Shown here: positions 1-6,604 of the stretch, in pieces | How the letters are laid out: each line of letters opens with the position of its first letter | How positions within the stretch are numbered: the stretch's first letter is position 1 | Assembly (NCBI GenBank): GCA_942493095.1 | Contig: OW818675.1 | Coordinates: 1,530,001-1,562,000 of the forward strand | DNA from: Candidatus Electronema halotolerans | Lineage (GTDB): Bacteria; Desulfobacterota; Desulfobulbia; Desulfobulbales; Desulfobulbaceae | Direction: 5' to 3' | DNA length: 32,000 nucleotides | Notes under the pieces: model-generated | Database searches by the model: none | What the model was told of the DNA's origin: nothing | The model's input: the letters and a program-made list of their open reading frames with translations, nothing else | Made by a program: the position numbers and the translations under genes

Positions 1-1215
1 GTGCTGCTCCGCCTCAGCAAGGTAGCCCTGATCTTCGTAGGTCAGGCCAATATTCCAGCTTGTCACCGCTTCGCCCGCCTTGTCGCCGATCTTTTGGCTG
101 ATGACCAAGCTCTGCTCCAGATACTTGAGGGCCGCAGCGTAGTCGCCCCGCGCAGAGTAAATCAGGCTGATGTTGTTCAGCGTCACAGCTTCCCCGCGCC
201 TGTCGCCGATCTCTTGGCTGATGACCAAGCTCTGCTCCAGATACTTGAGGGCCGCAGCGTAGTCGCCCCGCGCCCAGTGAATCCCGGCGATGTTGTTCAG
301 CGTCGTGCCTTCGCCCGCCCGCCCGCCGATCTCTTGGCTGATGACCAAGCTCTGCTCCAGATACTTGAGGGCCGCAGCGTAGTCGCCCCGCGCCTTGTAA
401 ATCTGGCTGATGTTGTTCAGCGTCGTGCCTTCGCCCGCCCGGTCGCCGATCTCTTTGCAGATGTCCAAGCTCTGCTCCAGATACTTGAGGGCCGCAGCGT
501 AGTCGCCCCGCGCATCGTAAATCTGGCTGATGTTGTTCAGCGTCGCGCCTTCGCCCGCCCTGTGGCCAATCTCTTGGTCAATAGCCAAGCTCTGCTCATA
601 CAGGGGCAGGGCCTTCGTGTACTCAGCAATGCGGTCAAGGTCAAAGGCTGCCTTGTGCAGATAGAGCGACCTGTCCTTCTTCTCCTCCTCCGGCAGCAGG
701 GCGGCGGCCTTCTGCCAGTACTCGGCAGCCTTGGCATAGCGCAACTGGATTCCTTGCAGCTTGGCTTGGTCGGCATTGGTTGCCGCAGCGGAGATGCGCC
801 GCTGGCGGGCGGCCTGCTCCAGCTCCTCAATGGCCTGCACATCGCGGGCCTCGGCCTGGTTCAGCAGCTCCTCGGCCTCAGCGTACTTGCCCGCCTCAAT
901 CGCCTGCCTGGCCCCATCCTTCAGCCGCCGAACTTCTTGGTCTTCGGACTGCACAAATTCCAGCCGCGCCAGCAGTTCCTTGTACTGGGCGGCTATGTCC
1001 CGCAGCTTGCTGTCCAAATCCCCCAGAGGAACCTGCTGCTCCTCCAGTATCTTGAAGAAGCTGGCAAGGGCGGTCTCGGTCACGGCCAGCTTGCCTGCGT
1101 ACTCGGCAAAGACTTCCGGGGAAATGCCGTAATTATTGACCTGCTTGCCGATGGCACCATCGCCCTGCGCAACATTCTGCTCGCCAGGGCCGCTGTTGTG
1201 GAATTGGTCAGTCAT
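1..1215 (-). CDS. TPR-repeat protein (TPR_12 / kinesin-light-chain-like repeats), cytoplasmic; N-terminal part only, since the C-terminus runs off the left edge
   Basis: This ORF is absent from the ORF track because it is open at the window edge. Hand translation of the reverse complement starts at ATG 1215..1213, preceded by GGAGGAACC. It reads MTDQFHNSGPGEQNVAQGDGAIGKQVNNYGISPEVFAEYAGKLAVTETALASFFKILEEQQVPLGDLDSKLRDIAAQYKELLARLEF..., followed by repeated units of the form GDYAAALKYLEQSLVISQEIGDRAGEGTTLNNISQIY.AR. The listed + ORF 1..1260 is its antisense shadow. Confidence 0.85.
   Translation of the reverse strand, partial: MTDQFHNSGPGEQNVAQGDGAIGKQVNNYGISPEVFAEYAGKLAVTETALASFFKILEEQQVPLGDLDSKLRDIAAQYKELLARLEFVQSEDQEVRRLKDGARQAIEAGKYAEAEELLNQAEARDVQAIEELEQAARQRRISAAATNADQAKLQGIQLRYAKAAEYWQKAAALLPEEEKKDRSLYLHKAAFDLDRIAEYTKALPLYEQSLAIDQEIGHRAGEGATLNNISQIYDARGDYAAALKYLEQSLDICKEIGDRAGEGTTLNNISQIYKARGDYAAALKYLEQSLVISQEIGGRAGEGTTLNNIAGIHWARGDYAAALKYLEQSLVISQEIGDRRGEAVTLNNISLIYSARGDYAAALKYLEQSLVISQKIGDKAGEAVTSWNIGLTYEDQGYLAEAEQH
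60..600. repeat. Intragenic 120-bp (40-aa) tandem repeats encoding the TPR units
   Basis: An identical 60-mer, ttggctgatgaccaagctctgctccagatacttgagggccgcagcgtagtcgccccgcgc, occurs at 94-153, 214-273 and 334-393. A variant copy lies at 454-513 and a degenerate copy near 574. The period is exactly 120 bp. Confidence 0.9.
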
Positions 1216-1625
1216 GGTTCCTCCGCATCGCCCCGGCAGAGCAGCAGCCCCTCAACATGAGCAAAATGCTTGTCTAAAGTGCAGAGCGGCAGGCTGTGCT
1301 GCAAGGCGGACGCAGCTATCCAGATGTCATTGGTCGGAATTGGCTTGCCTTGCCGCCTGAGCTGGTTGAGGACAGCGCTGTAATGCTCGGCAGTTTCCTT
1401 ATTCACCGGATATAGAGCAACCCTTGGCGAATCAAGAAAGATGCCCAGTTCCTGCCTGTTCTTCTCCTCTCTGCCGCCTGCGCGGAAGCCGGAGAGCAGC
1501 TCGCCGATAGAGACGGATGAGATGCCGATGTGTTCAACCCGGCGCAGCAGGCTGACTATCTCCGCATCGCCCCGCATGGCGGCAGAGTACACGTTGGTGT
1601 CAATCAGGATTCTGTTCACCGCCAC
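1212..1625 (-). CDS. vapC: PIN-domain toxin, VapC family
   Basis: The 137-aa product starts MAVNRILIDTNVY. The PIN acidic residues are in the expected places (IDTN, IGEL, TNDIWIAA, TLDKHF). The gene overlaps the upstream antitoxin gene by 10 nt. Confidence 0.85.
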   Translation of the reverse strand: MAVNRILIDTNVYSAAMRGDAEIVSLLRRVEHIGISSVSIGELLSGFRAGGREEKNRQELGIFLDSPRVALYPVNKETAEHYSAVLNQLRRQGKPIPTNDIWIAASALQHSLPLCTLDKHFAHVEGLLLCRGDAEEP

Positions 1626-1918
1626 AGCTCCGGGTCAATCCGCCGTTCCGCGCTGATGCTCCCTTGAATGCTGCCGAACTCCTCCTCTGTCCATGAGCCG
1701 AAGAGACTGTCAAGGTCGTCATAGCAGGCGTTCCGGTCAAAGGTTCCGTCATGCGCCGCACCGACCTGATCGAACTCGTTCCTGTCAGCGGTTTCCTGCT
1801 GCTGCTCCTTGTTCCGGCGCAGCTTCTCTCTCAGGAACTCAATGAAGTCAAGCACACTCTGCGCCTGCGCTTCAGGAAGCTCCCTGCTTTGCTGATAAAT
1901 ACGTTCTGCGGTTGTCAT
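1616..1918 (-). CDS. Antitoxin partner of VapC (DUF2281-like N-terminus)
   Basis: The 100-aa product contains ELPEAQAQSVLDFIEFLREK, typical of DUF2281-type antitoxins. An AAGGA ribosome-binding site lies 6 nt upstream of the ATG. The gene overlaps vapC, which is the usual toxin-antitoxin layout. Confidence 0.7.
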   Translation of the reverse strand: MTTAERIYQQSRELPEAQAQSVLDFIEFLREKLRRNKEQQQETADRNEFDQVGAAHDGTFDRNACYDDLDSLFGSWTEEEFGSIQGSISAERRIDPELWR

Positions 1919-1940
1919 AATGCATCCTTGCTTCGTGCCG

Positions 1941-2300
1941 CTACAGCAGCAGTTTGGCCAACGCCTTACCGATCAGCTCGCCTACCGGCAGCGCCGCCTT
2001 GACCGTGCTCGGAATGGCAGCCAGCACCTTCTGGGCGCGGGTCAGCGCAGCGGTAATCTCCTCCCTGTCCGGTTCGGCCTCCTGCGCTTCCATCTCCACT
2101 TCTTCCACGGCATTACGCAGCTTGACCTGCGCTTTGTCCGGCAATTCAGGCAACCGCGCTTTGATCTCGGCCAGCAGCTTGAGCAGCTCATCCGGCGAAG
2201 CTGATGGGGCATTGTAGTTGTATGTATTGGTCTGCTCGGCAACAGCGTGCTTGCCGATGGCAATATTCTGCTTCCCAGAGCCACTGTTGGTGTGCCCCAT
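1941..2300 (-). CDS. Hypothetical 119-aa protein; Gly/Asn-rich N-terminal motif followed by a helical acidic region
   Basis: A strong ribosome-binding site (GAAGGAG) lies 7 nt upstream of ATG 2300. The product starts MGHTNSGSGKQNIAIGKHAVAEQTNTYNYN..., which resembles the N-terminus of the TPR protein at 1..1215. I recognise no family. Confidence 0.6.
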   Translation of the reverse strand: MGHTNSGSGKQNIAIGKHAVAEQTNTYNYNAPSASPDELLKLLAEIKARLPELPDKAQVKLRNAVEEVEMEAQEAEPDREEITAALTRAQKVLAAIPSTVKAALPVGELIGKALAKLLL

Positions 2301-2304
2301 CCTT

Positions 2305-2703
2305 TTACTCCTTCAAAGTGAACTTCCGTATTTTCTTGCGGTCGCGCTTGTCAGGCCGCCCGTCTGGACGAGCCATTAGCCCGCCCACAGCTTTGCGCTG
2401 CTCGCGGGCCGCCTCGCGCCTGCTTGCTGATGCCTCAGTTTCCGCATAGAGCAGGGCCGCCTCTTTGGCCGGGCCGCGTCGGCTGCTCAGGGCCAGCACC
2501 TCCACTTCGTATTCCTCTTGGCCACGCCGGATTTGCAGCCGGTTGCCGATCTGGACATTGCGGGAGGGCTTGACCCGGCTGCCGTCAACATGGACATGGC
2601 CGCCGCTCACGGCTGTTGAAGCCAAGGAGCGGGTCTTGAAAAAACGGGCTGCCCAGAGCCATTTGTCGATGCGGACCGCAGTTTCCTGCTGCGTCAGATT
2701 CAT
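2305..2703 (-). CDS. hslR: Ribosome-associated heat shock protein Hsp15 (S4 RNA-binding domain)
   Basis: RIDKWLWAARFFKTRSLA...GGHVHVDGSRVKPSRNV...GPAKEAALLYAETEAS...RPDKRDRKKIRKF closely parallels E. coli HslR. I placed the start at the internal ATG 2703 (MNLTQQETAVRIDKW) rather than the track start at 2787. Confidence 0.85.
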   Translation of the reverse strand: MNLTQQETAVRIDKWLWAARFFKTRSLASTAVSGGHVHVDGSRVKPSRNVQIGNRLQIRRGQEEYEVEVLALSSRRGPAKEAALLYAETEASASRREAAREQRKAVGGLMARPDGRPDKRDRKKIRKFTLKE

Positions 2704-2788
2704 GCCTGCATCACATAATAAGAATTGTCCTGAAATACAAGAACTGACCTCTTCAGGAGCAGAAAAAAGCGAAAAAACAACGTCCATC

Positions 2789-2818
2789 TTGACATGAGGG
2801 GACGCTGCATTTTATCTT
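2789..2818 (+). promoter_or_regulatory. Candidate sigma70 promoter for the U32 operon
   Basis: TTGACA at 2789-2794, an 18-nt spacer, then TATCTT at 2813-2818. It lies in the divergent intergenic region between hslR and the U32 gene. This is a pattern match only. Confidence 0.35.
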
Positions 2819-2932
2819 GTGCGGACAGACAGCACAATATCCGCAAAATCAGACCCGGTCAAGCCAGAGCTGCTCTTTTGCCATTTTTCCGCTGACCGGC
2901 CCTGTGCCGCAGCATATACCACAAACAAGCAG

Positions 2933-4198
2933 ATGACGACAGAAAAGGCCATCCCAGAGCTGCTGGCTCCGGCAGGCACTATGGAAAAGCTGATCACGGC
3001 GGTTCATTACGGCGCGGACGCAGTCTATCTTGGCGGCCCGGGCTGGAGCCTGCGGGCACAGGCAGGCAATTTTGACCGCCCCGGCCTGCGCGAGGCAGTG
3101 TCGCATGCGCATCAGCATGGAGTCAAGGTCTATGTCACGGTCAATATTTTTGCCCACAACCGCGACTTGGACGGTTTGGAGGACTATCTGCTCTTTCTCC
3201 GCGAGGCAGGCGCGGATGCCCTGATTGTCGCTGATCCCGGCCTGCTTCTCCTCTGCCAGGAGACTGTGCCGGATCTGCCGCTCCATCTTTCCACGCAGGC
3301 CAATGTGACCAATCAGGCCAGCGTCCGCTTCTGGCAGCAACAGGGAGTGCGCCGGGTCAACTTGGCCCGCGAGCTGGGGCTGGCGGAAATCCGCGCCATC
3401 CGCCAAGCCGTGCCAAAGATCAGCTTGGAAGTCTTTGTTCACGGCGCGCTCTGCATTTCCTATTCAGGCCGCTGCCTGCTCTCCGCCTATATGACCGGTC
3501 GCAATGCCAATCAGGGCGACTGCGCCCATCCCTGCCGCTACTCCTACCGCCTTGTGGAGGAAAAGCGGCCCGGCCAGTATTTTCCGGTCGAGGAGGATGA
3601 GCGCGGCACCTATATTTTCAATGCCCGCGACCTCTGCCTGCTGGAGCGTCTCCCGGAGCTGACTGCCGCCGGGGTGGATTCAGTCAAGATCGAAGGCCGG
3701 ATGAAATCAGCAGGTTATGTGGGCGCAGCGGTCAGAGTCTATCGGGCCGCGCTGGATTATATCAAGGAACGCTTGGATGAGGGCCTGCCGCCGCAGGAGA
3801 TCATCCTGCCGTCCGCCTTTGCCGAGGAAATCGCCAAGGTTGGCACCAGAGGCCGGACAGAGAATTTTTTCGACTCCGCCCCTTCAGCATCAGCCATGCT
3901 TTATGATACAATGAGGGAGAATCAGGCTTGGGTTCCGGTTGGCATTGTCCGCAGCATCTGGCCGCTGCGGCTGGAAATCCGCAATGCCTTGGAGATTGGC
4001 GACCAGATTGAGTATCTTGGCCGCAGGCTTGAACCGACGCGCTGCACTGTGACCGGCATGACTGCGGCGGATGGAACAGTCATCAGCCGGGCCAATCCGG
4101 GCAGCATGATCATGCCTGCTTTGGAGCCGATGCCAGAGGATTTGTGTGTGAACGCGCTGTTCCGACGAACAAATTATACTGAGAAAACCGACTCATGA
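2933..4198 (+). CDS. Peptidase U32 family protein (UbiU/RlhA/TrhP-type Fe-S enzyme family)
   Basis: IPELLAPAG...GADAVYLGG...KVYVTVN...LHLSTQANVTN are present, together with the U32 signature EVFVHGALCISYSGRCLLS and downstream CAHPC, plus KIEGRMK. I chose the start at ATG 2933 (MTTEKAIPELLAPAG), which is internal to the track ORF. Confidence 0.85.
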   Translation: MTTEKAIPELLAPAGTMEKLITAVHYGADAVYLGGPGWSLRAQAGNFDRPGLREAVSHAHQHGVKVYVTVNIFAHNRDLDGLEDYLLFLREAGADALIVADPGLLLLCQETVPDLPLHLSTQANVTNQASVRFWQQQGVRRVNLARELGLAEIRAIRQAVPKISLEVFVHGALCISYSGRCLLSAYMTGRNANQGDCAHPCRYSYRLVEEKRPGQYFPVEEDERGTYIFNARDLCLLERLPELTAAGVDSVKIEGRMKSAGYVGAAVRVYRAALDYIKERLDEGLPPQEIILPSAFAEEIAKVGTRGRTENFFDSAPSASAMLYDTMRENQAWVPVGIVRSIWPLRLEIRNALEIGDQIEYLGRRLEPTRCTVTGMTAADGTVISRANPGSMIMPALEPMPEDLCVNALFRRTNYTEKTDS

Positions 4199-5265
4199 CC
4201 CCTTTTCTTGATGTTCCCTTCCTGCCGGAGGAGGCGTATGTTGAATTTCTCAACCGCTGCGGCGGCTCGGTGGACAGCGTCTATTTCAGCCTGCCTAATG
4301 AGCAGCGGTTGGACAACCGCTCTCATGCCTGCACCGGAGAAACGCTGGCGCACCAGATCAAGCTGCTCAAGCGGCTGGCCGCAGGACATAAGCGGTATCT
4401 CCTGCTCAACAGCCGGTTTTACGGCCCGGCCCTGCTCACTGACCAGGGGCAGCTTCGCGCTCTGATCAAGGACGTGGACCAGTGCGTCCAGCAGGGGGTG
4501 GTCAATGGCCTTGTCTATAGCGATCATTTTCTGCTCCAAGCCCTGTCCAACACAGCCCCGGACTTGGCCGCCGCGCTGGAGGCGGTGCCCAGCCTCAACA
4601 CCATGCTGGATTCGCAGGGCAAGATTGAGGCGCATTTAGCTTATATCGGCGAAACCCGCTTCCGGCAGCCGGGACGGCTGATCCTGGACCGCGCCCTGAA
4701 CCGCAATCTGCCAAAATTGGCGGAAATCTCAGCATGGTGCCGACAGGCTCTGCCGGATGTCCGCTTGGAGGTGGTGGGCAACGAGGGCTGCCTGCCTTGG
4801 TGTCCGTACCGCAGTTCCCATGATGCCTATATTGCCTTGGACAATTGCAGCAGCAAGAAGACCAGCGAGGCGATCAATGAGACGCTGGGCTGCCGTCAGC
4901 TCTTGAAAAAGCAGCCCTACCGCATCCTGCAATCGCCCTTTATTCGGCCTGAAGATATTGATTCCTATCTCTATGATATTGACATCATCAAGATCAGCGG
5001 ACGGAATTTAACCAGCGCGGCCCTGATGCAAGTCATCACCGCCTATATTGAGCGGCACTGGAACGGCAATCTGCTGGAGCTGCTGGATTCCTCGCATTGG
5101 CTGGCTGAGGAGCTGCATGTTGACAACAGCGCGCTGTCCTTTGATTTTGCCAACATGCTCTCGGTCTGCAACAACCGCTGCGAGACCTGCCGCTTCTGCA
5201 TGGAGCTGTTTCAGTCCATCTCTCATACTCTGCCGCCAGCCGCAGGCGCAGCCAAGAACAAGTGA
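4195..5265 (+). CDS. Divergent U32-like protein (UbiV-like partner?) with a C-terminal CX3CX2CX2C motif
   Basis: An ATGA start/stop overlap joins it to the U32 gene. The layout parallels U32 TIM-barrel proteins: VDSVYFSL..., KRYLLLNS, VNGLVYSD, EVVGNEGCLPWCPY and IIKISGRN (compare KIEGR). The Cys cluster CNNRCETCRFC is encoded at about 5167-5199. The family call rests on motif resemblance only. Confidence 0.5.
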   Translation: MTPFLDVPFLPEEAYVEFLNRCGGSVDSVYFSLPNEQRLDNRSHACTGETLAHQIKLLKRLAAGHKRYLLLNSRFYGPALLTDQGQLRALIKDVDQCVQQGVVNGLVYSDHFLLQALSNTAPDLAAALEAVPSLNTMLDSQGKIEAHLAYIGETRFRQPGRLILDRALNRNLPKLAEISAWCRQALPDVRLEVVGNEGCLPWCPYRSSHDAYIALDNCSSKKTSEAINETLGCRQLLKKQPYRILQSPFIRPEDIDSYLYDIDIIKISGRNLTSAALMQVITAYIERHWNGNLLELLDSSHWLAEELHVDNSALSFDFANMLSVCNNRCETCRFCMELFQSISHTLPPAAGAAKNK

Positions 5266-5268
5266 CGC

Positions 5269-5850
5269 ATGGAATCTTTTGAAAAACTGCTGGAAATTTC
5301 TTCAACAATTCACGGCCATCTCTGCGCCGGGCAGGTGATCGGGGTGCGCATGGCCCTGCTCGGCCTGCGGCATATCGGCATTGATGACCCCAAGGGCGCG
5401 GACCGGAAAAAACTGTATGTGATTGTTGAGATTGACCGCTGCGCCACAGATGCGATTCAGTCCGTGACTGGCTGCAGTCTGGGCAAGCGTTCGCTCCGCT
5501 GGCTGGATTTCGGCATCATGGCCGCCACCTTTGTCAATCTCAAGACTGGTCAGGCGGCGCGGATCACAGCGCGGGAAGAGGCCCGCGAGCTGTCCACCAA
5601 ATATTGCCCTGAACTGGCTGACAAGTACCGGCGGCAGCTCGAAGCCTACCGGGTCATGCCGGAGGAGGAGCTGTTCACCGTGCAGGAAGTCACGGTCAGC
5701 ATCCCGGAATGCGACCTGCCGGGCCGCCCCATGCGCCGGGTGCAATGCGCGCAGTGCGGCGATTATGTGCAGGACTGCCGGGAAGTGGAGCAGGAGGGGA
5801 AAGTTATCTGCCGGGCCTGCGCTGGCCAGCGGTATTACCAAGCCGTCTGA
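5269..5850 (+). CDS. FmdE-family protein with a C-terminal zinc ribbon
   Basis: HGHLCAGQVIGVRM and DRCATDAIQSVTGCSLGKRSL are characteristic FmdE motifs. The C-terminus carries CAQCGDY...VICRAC. The gene starts 3 nt after the previous stop. Confidence 0.8.
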   Translation: MESFEKLLEISSTIHGHLCAGQVIGVRMALLGLRHIGIDDPKGADRKKLYVIVEIDRCATDAIQSVTGCSLGKRSLRWLDFGIMAATFVNLKTGQAARITAREEARELSTKYCPELADKYRRQLEAYRVMPEEELFTVQEVTVSIPECDLPGRPMRRVQCAQCGDYVQDCREVEQEGKVICRACAGQRYYQAV

Positions 5851-6401
5851 AGAGCGGAACGGTTCTCTGTCACCAGCGGGCCTTTGGACAGATAAAACGC
5901 GCCATGCCCTTCCGGGTTGACTGGCGGCACTATCGTGCGGCCTGACAGCTCCAGCCAGCCTTGGGAACTCTCAATGTGCAGATGCGGCTTCCAGCCGCCT
6001 GTGCCGCCGATTTCACCGATCTGCTCGCCTGCCAGCACCGCCCCCATGACAAAGATGCTCTTCAGATGGGCCATGAAGAGCCGCTCCGTGCCTGCCATAT
6101 TCTCCCATTCAATGGCATAGCCCCACGCATTGGTGTTGTCATACACGACCCGCACGGTGCCGTCCTCTGGGGCAAAGAGCAGCATTCCGTAATCATCAAA
6201 GCTGTTTGTGCCGATATTGATATCCACGACCTGTTCCGGCGGATTGCCGTAATAGCTGGGATGAGTGCCGTATTTGGGATGGTCGATATAGGTGGCGGCC
6301 TGATAGATTGTTCCTGCGGCCAGCACATCGCCTTGGCTTGCCTGAGCTGAGGCCGCGATCAGCAAAAAAAGGCAAAGGGAAATCACCTGCAGCATCTTCA
6401 T
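5835..6401 (-). CDS. Secreted M23 (LytM-type) metallopeptidase
   Basis: A signal peptide is present (MKMLQVISLCLFLLIAASAQA|SQ). The M23 core GEQIGEIGGTGGWKPHLHIE is present. The 3' end overlaps the fmdE-like gene convergently by 16 nt. Confidence 0.75.
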   Translation of the reverse strand: MKMLQVISLCLFLLIAASAQASQGDVLAAGTIYQAATYIDHPKYGTHPSYYGNPPEQVVDINIGTNSFDDYGMLLFAPEDGTVRVVYDNTNAWGYAIEWENMAGTERLFMAHLKSIFVMGAVLAGEQIGEIGGTGGWKPHLHIESSQGWLELSGRTIVPPVNPEGHGAFYLSKGPLVTENRSALQTAW

Positions 6402-6529
6402 GGCATTGCATTTTGTCTGCCAGCAGTTTCCTGCCGCATCGCCTCAACATCTTCCACAGGCAGGCCAGTGACTTGAGCAATGGCCGCCGGGGAATTTCTT
6501 CTTCATGATGGCGATGATTCATTCCGTAG

Positions 6530-6551
6530 GGGCGGCCCCCTGTGGCCGCCC
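6530..6551. terminator. GC-rich hairpin downstream of the TPR gene (possible terminator)
   Basis: gggcggcc (6530-6537) pairs perfectly with ggccgccc (6544-6551) around the loop ccctgt. No clean U-tract follows on the minus strand, so a terminator function is uncertain. Confidence 0.25.
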
Positions 6552-6604
6552 GGTCTTTCCTCGTTATTCCGGCACCATGCACGGGCAGGCACAGGAGCCT
6601 GCCC

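Noticed and set aside
1-1260. 419-aa + strand ORF at the left edge
   Set aside because: It is the antisense shadow of the minus-strand TPR gene. The minus frame gives textbook TPR repeats and has a ribosome-binding site and ATG at 1215. The + product is repetitive Arg/Ala/Val-rich sequence with no motif.
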